NCBI GenBank assembly: GCA_002499585.1
Contig: DAMH01000027.1
Span: forward strand, 63,789-127,788
Direction of reading: 5' to 3'
Length of the DNA: 64,000 bases
From: Euryarchaeota archaeon UBA552
Lineage (GTDB): Archaea; Thermoplasmatota; Poseidoniia; Poseidoniales; Thalassarchaeaceae
Made by a program: the position numbers and the translations under genes. Of the stretch, positions 29,113-40,188 are shown one piece after another. The notes beneath the pieces were generated by a model, which was not told the origin of the DNA, did not search any database, and was given only the letters and a program-made list of their open reading frames with translations. Positions within the stretch are counted from its first letter, which is position 1; each line of letters starts with the position of its first letter.

Positions 29113-29997
29113 ATGAACCGACTTCTGGTAGTATTCAAAAAAAACCACGAGAAGGTGCATGACGGCGCTCTAAATGTCGTTACGAACGCGCTGGAGTCTG
29201 CCAAGAAGGAATCTAAGTTTGTGTATACAACCGTCGCAAGAGAAGAAGTATGCAGAAACGACTTCCTCGGCCCGGATATAGTAATTGTACTCGGGGGCGA
29301 TGGTACCTTGACCTCCATAGCACATTCGGTAGACGACAAGGCATTGGTGATGGGAGTCAACAGTCATCCAATGAACGGCTCAGGAGAGGGATCATACGGA
29401 TTTTTCATGGGCAGTGACCCAACCAGGTTCCCATCCGACCTCAAGAAGGTTCTGAGCGGACGTTGTATTGTCAACACATTGCCTAGGCTACAAGCAGAAA
29501 TTTTGACCACTTCTGGTAATGTTATACGGTCAGACCCCGCATTAAATGATCTACTTGTTGCAAATACCCATCAGTATCAACCCTCAAAATACCGTCTGGA
29601 AAGACGCGGTAATGGTGTTGGGAATGGTATTGACATCCAGCAATCCTCATCAGGTATGCTATTTTCAACATTCCTCGGGCAGGGCGCCTGGTTCAGACAC
29701 GCTATCGACATAGAAGATAAGAAATTCTCCAAATCGGAGATTGACGATCACTACCTCGCCCTTTCTAGAGACCTGCCCCTAAACATGCGAGAGAACAACG
29801 GTTCCCACTGGGCCTGGACGAATCGACCAACCGTTTTGACGAGCGACATGCATAGGGGTTATGTTGTAGCAGACGGGTGGGATGAGATTCACTTCACAAG
29901 AGGTGCCAGAATAACGGTGGACAATAACGGACCAAAATTGAGATTGATTACGTTCGATGAAGAGATATACAAAAGGGTCTCAAATCTACGAGTTTGA
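29113..29997 (+). CDS. NAD(H) kinase family protein, divergent
   Basis: GGDGT, GVNSHP, ALND, SSG; probable start ATG 29113. Confidence 0.8.
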   Translation: MNRLLVVFKKNHEKVHDGALNVVTNALESAKKESKFVYTTVAREEVCRNDFLGPDIVIVLGGDGTLTSIAHSVDDKALVMGVNSHPMNGSGEGSYGFFMGSDPTRFPSDLKKVLSGRCIVNTLPRLQAEILTTSGNVIRSDPALNDLLVANTHQYQPSKYRLERRGNGVGNGIDIQQSSSGMLFSTFLGQGAWFRHAIDIEDKKFSKSEIDDHYLALSRDLPLNMRENNGSHWAWTNRPTVLTSDMHRGYVVADGWDEIHFTRGARITVDNNGPKLRLITFDEEIYKRVSNLRV

Positions 29998-30015
29998 ATT
30001 CAAATCAATTCACAT

Positions 30016-30759
30016 TCAAAGTATTTGATTCAAAAACAACTTCGTCCTCTCATGTTTTGGGTTTGTGAAAAATTCTGCAGGAGGGGCCTCTTCAATGAGG
30101 TGTCCCTCATCAAACAGGATACATCTGTCACCTACCTCTTTTGCAAAACCCATCTCATGGGTGACAACAATCATTGTGATGTCCCTGCCTGCCAGATCCT
30201 TCATCACATCTAGGACCTCTTTGATCATCTCTGGATCGAGTGCGCTAGTTGGTTCGTCAAATAGCATAATCTTGGGGTCCATAGCAAGTGCCCTGGCAAT
30301 AGCAACCCTCTGTTGTTGTCCACCGGAAAGGCCGCTCGGATATTTGTAAGCTTGCTCAGGTATGCCGACCCGCTCCAGAAGTTCCATAGCTTTACGCTCC
30401 GCATCTCTTTTACTCATACGATTGACTTTCATTGGCGCCAACGTAATGTTTTCCATGATGGTCAGATGTGGGAAAAGTTCGAATTGTTGGAACACGAAAC
30501 CAACCTCAGATCTTATGTGTTTCAAATCGGCGACGCTGGTTTCCTCATCGACTGTTATGCCATCTACGACAATCGTTCCTCCACTGTGAGGTTGAAGGCG
30601 ATTCAGGGTCCTAATAAAAGTCGATTTTCCGGACCCTGAAGGCCCAAGTATGACGATTATCTCTCCTTTCTTCACAGTTATGTCTATTCCCTTCAGGGCC
30701 CAGAAATCCCCGAAATTCACCTTTACACCCTTCGTATCAATTATCACTTCTTCACTCAT
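30016..30759 (-). CDS. aapP: Amino-acid ABC transporter ATP-binding protein
   Basis: [41 protein letters not shown]. Confidence 0.95.
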   Translation of the reverse strand: MSEEVIIDTKGVKVNFGDFWALKGIDITVKKGEIIVILGPSGSGKSTFIRTLNRLQPHSGGTIVVDGITVDEETSVADLKHIRSEVGFVFQQFELFPHLTIMENITLAPMKVNRMSKRDAERKAMELLERVGIPEQAYKYPSGLSGGQQQRVAIARALAMDPKIMLFDEPTSALDPEMIKEVLDVMKDLAGRDITMIVVTHEMGFAKEVGDRCILFDEGHLIEEAPPAEFFTNPKHERTKLFLNQIL

Positions 30760-32273
30760 GTCATCTCTCCTCCAGTTGTTGATTTTAGACCTAGGTTTTT
30801 CTCTATGCCCAAGGATATTCGAGAAAGGTAAAACGCAATGATCCAGAATACAAACGCTGCCAAATAGAGGGGTTCCATGATATCAAGTGCAAACTCTAAG
30901 TCTGTGGTTGGAAGGTCTTTGGCTATTTTGAAGAAATCGAAGATCCCTATTATGAAAATCAACGTCGTATCCTTCCAGAGCCCGATGAGTAAGCTGACCA
31001 AGGAAGGGAGGGTGGTTCTCACAGCATTTGGTAGGATCACGGTTGTTTTTATTTGATTGGGGTTCATTCCCAAGGCTGTAGCAGCCTCTATTTGGCCGCT
31101 GTTGATGGACTGTATGCCGCCCCTAAGAATCTCCGCTGTGTAACATCCTCCAAAGAATGCGAACATGAAGAGAGTGCGCATAATCGAATCTGCGTCTGAG
31201 AAGGGAACTATGACATCTTCAAGTAGATATTTCGCAAAATACAGCCAAGCCACCATGGGACCTGCTCTGACGATCTCAATAAGCATGGTTGATGGCCATT
31301 TGAATATAGGTAGGTTGCTCTGTCTTCCGAAGGCCAATACGACTCCGATGCCCAGCCCCAGAACACCTCCGGCCGTCGCAAGTACCAAATTAACGAACAA
31401 ACCGCCCCAAAGGGCTGGTTCTATGCCCTCTTCCATCAGACCACGCTCCACAACACTGTCTGGCGGATTCATAACGAATAGGGAAAAGAAGAACGTGAAA
31501 ATACCGAGGATTGCAGTCAATTTCTTCAGTTTGTTTATCTGAAACTCTTCAGATCTCTCACAATACCACCTTGATACCATGAATGCAACAAGTCCCAACA
31601 CTGAACATCCACAGATTTTGACGATTGGCCAGAAAGGTTCGTAATTTTGATTCTCCGGGTACCATGCGAAAGATATCAAAATTAATGTCAGGGTGGTGTA
31701 ATACAACCCGAAGCGCCTAGCACTGATTCCCGATGTGCCATATGCAATGCATATGGTCGAGGTCAGCACGAACAACGAAGACCATAATCTCCACATCTGA
31801 TTAGTTTGTCCTTCGACTGCCATGAAGAAGTTCATCTCATGTCCAGCGAACAATTGAACTCGACTCGCCCAGACAACTCCCCACCTCGCCTCGATAAGGA
31901 TGAACTCCAGAAGCCAATGGCAAAGGAACATGATAGACGAAGCTGCGATTATTCCGAGTAAGGCATTGAAAGTTGATTTGAAAATTGTGCCTTTGAGTAC
32001 TGAAATCAAGATGCACCAGGATAACAAAAACATGGCAAATCCTGCTGCGATAGAGAACAACAAGCCAGTGGGCGCTATCCCACCGTAAATGACAATCTCA
32101 TCATTCACTGCAACTATTCCTGCAAGGATAGAAAGTGACAGGCATGCGATCGAGGTTGTTTTATTCAGAACCTCGTGTTTTGAGATTCTCTTCAGGGGTT
32201 TGCCTGAGACAAATTGTTCCCATTGGTTGACCCTTTGAATGAAGCTCGGAGTATTTCGTTCTGAGCTCATCAT
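30756..32273 (-). CDS. aapM: Amino-acid ABC transporter permease (AapM/BztC-like) with N-terminal extension
   Basis: WGGLFVNL...[27 protein letters not shown] loop. Confidence 0.85.
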   Translation of the reverse strand: MMSSERNTPSFIQRVNQWEQFVSGKPLKRISKHEVLNKTTSIACLSLSILAGIVAVNDEIVIYGGIAPTGLLFSIAAGFAMFLLSWCILISVLKGTIFKSTFNALLGIIAASSIMFLCHWLLEFILIEARWGVVWASRVQLFAGHEMNFFMAVEGQTNQMWRLWSSLFVLTSTICIAYGTSGISARRFGLYYTTLTLILISFAWYPENQNYEPFWPIVKICGCSVLGLVAFMVSRWYCERSEEFQINKLKKLTAILGIFTFFFSLFVMNPPDSVVERGLMEEGIEPALWGGLFVNLVLATAGGVLGLGIGVVLAFGRQSNLPIFKWPSTMLIEIVRAGPMVAWLYFAKYLLEDVIVPFSDADSIMRTLFMFAFFGGCYTAEILRGGIQSINSGQIEAATALGMNPNQIKTTVILPNAVRTTLPSLVSLLIGLWKDTTLIFIIGIFDFFKIAKDLPTTDLEFALDIMEPLYLAAFVFWIIAFYLSRISLGIEKNLGLKSTTGGEMT

Positions 32274-34117
32274 ATTTTCACCTTCGTGACTCTCGCGTTG
32301 TAGATATTCATGATGACGGAAATCGTCAAACTGCCGATCTGATAAATCACAAGCAATAATATGAACAGAGGGATTAATTTGCCGACATTGTTCATCATGA
32401 CAAGAGTGATGTAGAATATATCGCTATAGGCCACTATGATGGCCAGACTGGAATTCTTCCATACATTCATGTATTGACTGTTCAATAAGGGCACCATACT
32501 CCTAAGAGCTTGTGGAAGGATTACGAGTCTCAGACGTTGGAATGGGCTAAGGCCAAGGGAGATCGCTGCCTCAACTTGCCCCCTTGGCAGGGATTGGATG
32601 CTCCCTCGGACGATCTCGGCAACTATCGAGGCTGTGAATAGGGTTAATGACAAAACGAGGGCGACGAATGGGCTGGTAATTTTGAAACCTGTTCCACCCT
32701 CAATATACCACATTCCTGTGCTCGTCTCATTTGGTTTAACCAACTCTGGGACGCTGAAATCACCTGTAAAGAAGACGGCAGCACTTACTAGTATCGCGAG
32801 CCCCCAGAAGGATATACGGCGTATTACCCCCTCATTGGAATCGTCAACACCGTCTCTATCGGCGTACCAAGTATAGATCCTCGCACTCATCAGTATACAC
32901 AATGATATGACTGTGTTCACTGTATCGATGCCGGGTATCCAGTGTCCTTGTTTGCTAATGTAAAACAAATCGAGTACGAAGAACTCATCCCCAAAAGCAG
33001 GTAGTGCCTCTCTAAGTTGTACAGCGACGAAGAAGAGTAGTATTGCTAGGGGGATGTTTCTGAAAAATTCCACATAGCCCGTGGCTAGGCCGGATGCAAG
33101 CTTGTTGTTGGATAGCCTTGTGACTCCGACAAATATTCCCAACAGAGTGCAGAGGACTATTGCAACGAGCGTTGCCCTTACTGAGTTGATTATACCCGCC
33201 CTGTAAAATGTCCAACGACTATCTTCTGTTGGATTGATTTGCCAAGGCCAATTATTGAGCGGGAAGCCTCCTATATCCTCCATAAAATCATATGACAGGG
33301 CCCAATTTTGATCAGTTTTGATCAGGTACATTACCCTGAGCACCAGGAATAGTATGAACGGAGCGGCAAACATGAAAATCGTGGCTGAGAATTTTTTATC
33401 CTGGGTTGATGGCTTGGACCTCTCCAGTGATAGGTCCCATGATGAGTAAAGTCCCATGAATAATGTGAGCAAACAAGCGAATAGAATAGTTCTCGATATT
33501 AGCTCATAGAATGAGTAGGAAAATGCAGGTAGGAAAATAGGAATCAGCAGCGTGGTCAGGTAAATCGAGACAACGACGAGAGTAGCGATGTATCCTTTCC
33601 AATTCTGCCTGATTATGCTGATGCAGTCTAACGGTGATTTTGAAATGGCTACGATGGTCTCGATGATCTCTTGGCAATCGTCAAAAATCAGTATCGTACA
33701 CGAAGTTATGACTCCAAACAAAAACAGCCATTTCTGGATACTAGGTGTGATTTCAACTGCCTCTACAATCAATAACAAGAAGAGGAAACCGATAAGGCCG
33801 ACTATAATCGTGGGATAGCCTCTCCAGTCAGAGGGGGAAGAAAGCAGGTTTCTGTGTTCGTTAGTCGCGAGAATGAACAACAACAAGAAGATGCCGCCGA
33901 CCACTTTGAAAGTGAAATCAAGTGGGTAATATGAGTTGTTTATTTGAATTCCCAGCGGAGTTACGACGCTGACCCCTATTTCCCCGATTATGTCAGCAGA
34001 CAGAGTGAAGAATTTGTCTAGGTATAAGTAAAATAAATAGGACCCGATTATTATTAGTGCATATTTTGGAAGGTCCTCTTTCGTGAAGAGGATTCTTTTT
34101 GGATTGTTAGTTACCAC
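32270..34117 (-). CDS. aapQ: Amino-acid ABC transporter permease (AapQ/BztB-like) with long N-terminal membrane extension
   Basis: RLSNN..GYVEFFRNIPL, AEIVRGSIQSLPRGQVEAA, KNSSLA. Confidence 0.85.
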   Translation of the reverse strand: MVTNNPKRILFTKEDLPKYALIIIGSYLFYLYLDKFFTLSADIIGEIGVSVVTPLGIQINNSYYPLDFTFKVVGGIFLLLFILATNEHRNLLSSPSDWRGYPTIIVGLIGFLFLLLIVEAVEITPSIQKWLFLFGVITSCTILIFDDCQEIIETIVAISKSPLDCISIIRQNWKGYIATLVVVSIYLTTLLIPIFLPAFSYSFYELISRTILFACLLTLFMGLYSSWDLSLERSKPSTQDKKFSATIFMFAAPFILFLVLRVMYLIKTDQNWALSYDFMEDIGGFPLNNWPWQINPTEDSRWTFYRAGIINSVRATLVAIVLCTLLGIFVGVTRLSNNKLASGLATGYVEFFRNIPLAILLFFVAVQLREALPAFGDEFFVLDLFYISKQGHWIPGIDTVNTVISLCILMSARIYTWYADRDGVDDSNEGVIRRISFWGLAILVSAAVFFTGDFSVPELVKPNETSTGMWYIEGGTGFKITSPFVALVLSLTLFTASIVAEIVRGSIQSLPRGQVEAAISLGLSPFQRLRLVILPQALRSMVPLLNSQYMNVWKNSSLAIIVAYSDIFYITLVMMNNVGKLIPLFILLLVIYQIGSLTISVIMNIYNARVTKVKI

Positions 34118-34145
34118 TTACATGCCTCTCGATAATTTATTAGGG

Positions 34146-34171
34146 CCCGGGGAGGCAAACGCCCCCCCGGG
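34146..34171 (-). terminator. Intercistronic GC-rich hairpin between aapJ and aapQ
   Basis: Minus-strand CCCGGGGGGGC-GUUU-GCCUCCCCGGG: 11-bp stem, fully paired only on the minus strand through one G-U pair. Confidence 0.6.
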
Positions 34172-34205
34172 ATTTTGCGTTTTGTCTAATCCTGGGTGCT
34201 AGTTC

Positions 34206-35396
34206 TCAGCGCATTGCTGGAGCATACTGCAGGCCGCCCTCGGATACAAGGGCGTTCTGCGTGCCCTCACGAGGCAGGACACAATTTGTCATGGCGCTCG
34301 AACCGCTGTGGCCGTCATAGTCGCCATCACAGAATGAGTTATCATATGCTTCACCATAGTTTCCTACTGCTGAAAGAACATTTTGGAACCAAGTGTCGAC
34401 GAGTGGGTTGTCGTCGGTTCCCAGACCGAGACGACTGTTCAGCAGTCTGTTGACAGCTGGGTCGCTCATGTCAGCGGAGTCATAGTTCCCTGAGTGGATG
34501 CCCATTTCTTCAGCGGTTACCATTGCGAACCATACCCACTGTACGACTTCTTTCCATTGGGTGTCCATGTCTCTGACAGCGGCCGCCAGAGGCTCTTTCG
34601 AAAGGAGTTCTGGAGCAATCCACAGATCCCATGAAGAGGCGTCTACGTTTTCGATTCCACCGTTCTCCAACTGCCACTTGTACGCTGCCATGGCGGAACC
34701 GTCGCCTGTGTAGGCATCGCATTCATCGCCTGTGAAGGCTGCTCGGGCAGCCGTTGCATCGTCAGCAACGTAGGTAGTCGGAGCAGGTCCCGTGCCACTC
34801 CATGTAGTGATGTAATCCTGTACGTTGCCCTCGGTAGTTGTTCCGGTTGCTACACAGATTACTGCCCCTGATAGGCCGTTGATTGAGTTGCCTGCGTCAG
34901 CCTTCGAAATGGATTCGCCCTTGACCAGGATCGACTGGCCGTCGAAGAAGTTGACTCCGGCGAAGTCTGCATTCAAGTCTGCGTCCCTGGAGGTCGTCCA
35001 AGTTGTCGTCCTGATTAGAACGTCTATCTCGCCGTCTCTGAGTAGGTTGAATCTCTCAGAGCCGCTTGCGTAGACATAGTTTATGTCTTCGCTTGGGTCC
35101 AAGCCGATAGCGGCAGCCACTGCTTTGCAGTATTCTATGTCAAGGCCTTGGTATTCGGAGTTGTCATCGGCCCTGTAGCCCATGCCCCATTGCTCGGTTT
35201 TTACACCGCAGTTCATGGAGCCGCGCGCGATAATCTCATCCAAGGTGCTCACTGGAGTCCCAGCCTCTAGTCCTCGGGCGTATCCGTCCGCATCGGCCTG
35301 ATCTACATCGTCTTGTGTGACGTCAGATCCGGTACAACCCGCAAGGGCCGCAGTCATCATTAACAGCATCATTGTTACAGCGATATGTCGTTGCAT
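34206..35396 (-). CDS. aapJ: Amino-acid ABC transporter substrate-binding lipoprotein (AapJ/BztA-like)
   Basis: Lipobox LAGC, GLDIEYCKAVAAA, RTTTWTTSRD, LSKEPLA, GNYGE, GGLQYAP. Start ATG 35396 behind a CTATATAT box. Confidence 0.93.
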   Translation of the reverse strand: MQRHIAVTMMLLMMTAALAGCTGSDVTQDDVDQADADGYARGLEAGTPVSTLDEIIARGSMNCGVKTEQWGMGYRADDNSEYQGLDIEYCKAVAAAIGLDPSEDINYVYASGSERFNLLRDGEIDVLIRTTTWTTSRDADLNADFAGVNFFDGQSILVKGESISKADAGNSINGLSGAVICVATGTTTEGNVQDYITTWSGTGPAPTTYVADDATAARAAFTGDECDAYTGDGSAMAAYKWQLENGGIENVDASSWDLWIAPELLSKEPLAAAVRDMDTQWKEVVQWVWFAMVTAEEMGIHSGNYDSADMSDPAVNRLLNSRLGLGTDDNPLVDTWFQNVLSAVGNYGEAYDNSFCDGDYDGHSGSSAMTNCVLPREGTQNALVSEGGLQYAPAMR

Positions 35397-35418
35397 CGGT
35401 CTTTTTAGAACTGGTACC

Positions 35419-35426
35419 ATATATAG
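35419..35426 (-). promoter_or_regulatory. Putative TATA box of the aapJQMP operon
   Basis: CTATATAT on the minus strand, 23-30 nt upstream of ATG 35396. Confidence 0.6.
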
Positions 35427-35500
35427 AGATTCGTCCAGATGTTAGAATTTATCCGATTTAGTGGACGAGAATGGGTATGTTTTTCCAGTTTGGGTTGGGC

Positions 35501-35525
35501 GGCGGGGCGGACAAGCCGCCCCGCC
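35501..35525 (-). terminator. Stable hairpin 3' of the 16S rRNA gene (terminator or processing structure)
   Basis: GGCGGGGCGG / CCGCCCCGCC 10-bp perfect stem with a 5-nt loop, about 25 nt past the 16S 3' end; extendable through GGG..TTGG/CCAA.CCC. Confidence 0.6.
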
Positions 35526-35548
35526 AATCCCGGTTTCCAGAGTTACGT

Positions 35549-37020
<1,472 letters not shown>

Positions 37021-37102
37021 TCGCGTGAGCTCAATCACGATCCTTGCTGGAGTTTTGAGTTGTCGTTTGACTATTGAATCTTAAAGTGCTTAGCGGTGAG
37101 AA

Positions 37103-37110
37103 TATTATAT
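37103..37110 (-). promoter_or_regulatory. Putative proximal 16S promoter TATA box
   Basis: ATATAATA on the minus strand, about 85 nt upstream of the mature 16S 5' end. Confidence 0.5.
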
Positions 37111-37186
37111 CTGCACCCTTGCACACCTCCTGAAATCAGGAGGATTTTCGTCGTGGATCACCAATCTAAGTCCCGAACTCGGTTCG

Positions 37187-37292
37187 GGACCGCACTTCCT
37201 CGGCAACATCTGACGTGAATGATGACTTCACGACCCCGAGGGGTTCCGTCTCCAACGCCCGTCAGACGCAGCGCGCCTCCGACTTGCGGTCC
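37187..37292 (-). ncRNA. Candidate structured RNA (pre-16S leader domain or independent ncRNA)
   Basis: Closing stem GGACCGCA/TGCGGTCC; long inner helix with G-U pairs only on the minus strand; a TCTATATC box at 37313-37320 predicts a start at its 5' end. Confidence 0.4.
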
Positions 37293-37351
37293 ATATATCA
37301 ACATGACGCGTCGATATAGACTTTCTATGAGCCCCCACGCAGGGTCTAGCT

Positions 37352-39271
37352 TCATGATGCTCCAAAGAACTCACGTAATACAGGATGCATCTCCATGGCT
37401 TGCTCTTTCTGAATCTGCTCGTATGTACGCAAGATGATTCCCACAGCGAGCAGCAGGCCCGTACCAGTGGCGTTGCCCACCGTTCCCAGTAGATCAGCAC
37501 CGGCTGCTAAGAGTCCGACGAAGGCTCCTGAGAAGAGGGTAACAGGTGGAATGTACCTTTCAAGTATCCTCTCGACGACTTGAGGGTTGTTCCTGAATCC
37601 CGGTATCTGCATTCCTGTCCTTTCGATTTGTTTGGCTACATCTTTGGGGCCCATGTTGGTGGTTTCGATCCAGAATTTGGCAAACACCATACTCCCGAGT
37701 GTCATGAATGTGACATAGGTCAATACGTGAACCATAACTTGTCCAAGGCTGTGGCCGTATGCGTCTCCTGTTTGATTCAATAGGGGAATAAGCCAATCAC
37801 CAACGCCATTCACCATTGAACTGTACCAGGCAAAGCCGTCTGAGGGGGTTGTTGCACCTGGTTCATAGCTTCCAAACCAGTGGGCCTTGGAGCCCCATCC
37901 GTTCCTGCCAAGTATCGGGACGGTCGACAAAACAGGGTGACTCCAAAATAATAAGGTGAACATGTTGACGTTTGCCAATAGTGCAGCCATCAATATCACA
38001 GGAATGTTGCTGGCGTAGACCAGCCTGATAGGGTACTGACCACGATGTCCTCGGACTTTACCGTGAGCAAGTGGTAACTCCAACTTTGATGACTCTGCGT
38101 ATGCCACGACAAGGAAGACTATGATGGAAGATACCAGAGCAGCAATGGGATTCGAGTGATTCAGTAGAATCTGTTCGAAGCCATTCTGGGATACCAGTTG
38201 CGAGTTTGTTGCACTCCGTAATGTGTAAAATATCATTGGGAGAGTGCCTGCGGGTGGATTCTCGAAGGACAGGGGGGCACCGCTCACCGTTGGCAATGGG
38301 GAGAGTGTTCCGACGAACGTGGATTGGGCCACTCCTGCTGCGATGAAGAGGGAAATCCCGCTGCCAATTCCCCATTTTGAAACCAATTCGTCCAGCAGAA
38401 ACACCAGGTAAGAGCCAATAAATAGCTGAACTACAATAATGGTGTTGGCCCAACCAACACCGAAATCGAGTATTAAACTCTCATGTGGGTCCAAGAATCC
38501 GTAGACTTGTGGAATGGATTCTATTGGAATCATCAGCAAAACAAGGATTTTCTGTATTCCTTGATAGAGCTGTTTATCTGCTGAGTCTTGAAGGTCCAGC
38601 TGTATTATTTTGGCACCTGAGAACAGCTGCATTATGATTGACGCCGTAACGATTGGCCCTATGCCGAGGTGCATTATGGAACCTGATGCTCCGGCCATGA
38701 TTGCCCTGAACGAGGAGAACACATCCAATGTCGAGTCTGATAGTCCCCAAATCATGACGTTTGTCATCATGAAGTATATTATCAGGACTAGAACGGTGGT
38801 CCAGAGTTTCTGGTTAAATCTGACATGACCTTCTGGTTTCACGATTGAAGGGTAGACATCGACCATTCTCTTCAGTGCGTAAAGCCTGCTTGACTCGGGT
38901 CCAGTGTACATCAGGCAGGAGAGCGCAAGCCCGGCTGCAAGTCCTAGAAGAGCTACCCCCACAAGCAAAAAACCGACTGCTTGTTGATCCAACCATCCCC
39001 AGACGACCATGCTAGTGACGGATATCAGCCATACAGATGGTTTGAGCCACCTCCCTAATGCTGAATCGGATAGTGCCTCAGGCAAGTCGTTTGTGACTCC
39101 CCAGATGACAAAACCGACATACGGGAAAGAAACAGCGAGAAGGGTAAGGGCCCATGTTTGATCTGCGGCGTCATCTCCAAACAAACGATCTCTCTGCCAC
39201 CACACCAGAGACCCCCAGTAAATTGACGCTACGATGAGCAGGGCTATCAGATTCGGTTTCCTACCCTCCAT
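37352..39271 (-). CDS. secY: Preprotein translocase subunit SecY with N-terminal 4-TM extension
   Basis: KPEGHV...KLWT, LGIGPIVTASII, LDELVSKWGIGSGISLFI, YASNIPVIL, GTGLLLAVGI. Start ATG 39271 behind a GGGTGA RBS. Confidence 0.96.
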   Translation of the reverse strand: MEGRKPNLIALLIVASIYWGSLVWWQRDRLFGDDAADQTWALTLLAVSFPYVGFVIWGVTNDLPEALSDSALGRWLKPSVWLISVTSMVVWGWLDQQAVGFLLVGVALLGLAAGLALSCLMYTGPESSRLYALKRMVDVYPSIVKPEGHVRFNQKLWTTVLVLIIYFMMTNVMIWGLSDSTLDVFSSFRAIMAGASGSIMHLGIGPIVTASIIMQLFSGAKIIQLDLQDSADKQLYQGIQKILVLLMIPIESIPQVYGFLDPHESLILDFGVGWANTIIVVQLFIGSYLVFLLDELVSKWGIGSGISLFIAAGVAQSTFVGTLSPLPTVSGAPLSFENPPAGTLPMIFYTLRSATNSQLVSQNGFEQILLNHSNPIAALVSSIIVFLVVAYAESSKLELPLAHGKVRGHRGQYPIRLVYASNIPVILMAALLANVNMFTLLFWSHPVLSTVPILGRNGWGSKAHWFGSYEPGATTPSDGFAWYSSMVNGVGDWLIPLLNQTGDAYGHSLGQVMVHVLTYVTFMTLGSMVFAKFWIETTNMGPKDVAKQIERTGMQIPGFRNNPQVVERILERYIPPVTLFSGAFVGLLAAGADLLGTVGNATGTGLLLAVGIILRTYEQIQKEQAMEMHPVLREFFGAS

Positions 39272-39288
39272 TTTAGTCACCCATTCCC

Positions 39289-39708
39289 TTATTCTTCTTC
39301 CCATTCGTCTTGGTCGGATCCAAGGCTCAGAGAACCGCCAGCTGATTCAATCTTCTCAACAGCTTTCGCAGATGCGAAATCAACGACCACATGGACCGGT
39401 TTGGTAATTCTACCCGAACCAAGCAGCTTATCGTATCCCATCGAAGTTAGGTTGATTTTATCATTGTCTTTAGCTATCTGATCCAATTGGGAGACGTTGA
39501 TGCTGTTGTGGACGGTTCTGAGGCTAGGATCCCGATTAAAGCCGTGCATGCCCCAGTGTTTTGGCATGTACTTCAGACGTGTCATGAGGCGATGCTTGTT
39601 CAACCCAGCATTTCCTCTGCCTCCTCTTTTTCCAGCTCCTCTTCCTGCCTTTTTACCTCGTCCGTGATATCGTGATCTGCCTCTGAATTTATTCGTTCGC
39701 GATACCAT
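39289..39708 (-). CDS. rpl15: 50S ribosomal protein uL15
   Basis: RGSRYHGRG..GRGAG.RGGRGNAG, KLLGSG, SAKAVEKIESAGG. Confidence 0.96.
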   Translation of the reverse strand: MVSRTNKFRGRSRYHGRGKKAGRGAGKRGGRGNAGLNKHRLMTRLKYMPKHWGMHGFNRDPSLRTVHNSINVSQLDQIAKDNDKINLTSMGYDKLLGSGRITKPVHVVVDFASAKAVEKIESAGGSLSLGSDQDEWEEE

Positions 39709-39717
39709 AGAAACACC

Positions 39718-40188
39718 TCATACCATCCTTGAAACTAGTTCACCAATTTCCGAGCCTCTGAATCCGAGAGCGCCGCCAGTTGTGTAGGGCCTTTTGATTC
39801 CACCCCAGCCTTTAGACCCGCGTGGGGGGTGCAGCCTGAGAACCGGTTTGAGTCCCTCGACGGACTTCATGGTAGCTTCCCCTGCGGCGAGAGCCTTTGC
39901 GAATGAGTCGACTGAGTCGTACTCACTGCATGCTGATATTACATCGTCATCGACGGACTTGTCGCCTGACATTCGACCCCTGTTCCGAATCAGATCTGCT
40001 ATGGCTGGAGCATCGATTTGCCCCCATGTAATGAAGTCTTTTGCCTTGTGCAACATCCCCTTGTATGTGTCCCTCTCGGGTATGATTGTGGCATGATTGA
40101 CCTTTGTCAGATTCAGCATCGACATAGTCTCGCGGATAGATCGCTCGACGCCACGGTCGCTGCGGACTCGAATAACTAGGTATGTCAA
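39718..40188 (-). CDS. rpl30: 50S ribosomal protein uL30 (archaeal long form)
   Basis: VIRVRS, LNLTKVNH, KDFITWG, LRLHPPRG, GGALG.RG. Confidence 0.95.
   Translation of the reverse strand: MTYLVIRVRSDRGVERSIRETMSMLNLTKVNHATIIPERDTYKGMLHKAKDFITWGQIDAPAIADLIRNRGRMSGDKSVDDDVISACSEYDSVDSFAKALAAGEATMKSVEGLKPVLRLHPPRGSKGWGGIKRPYTTGGALGFRGSEIGELVSRMV

Noticed and set aside
37155-37235. Possible 5S rRNA (CCCGAAC) or C/D-box sRNA (CTGA...ATGATGA) in the secY-16S spacer
   Set aside because: The rest of the 5S consensus is missing, and there is no properly ordered C box ... D box pair.
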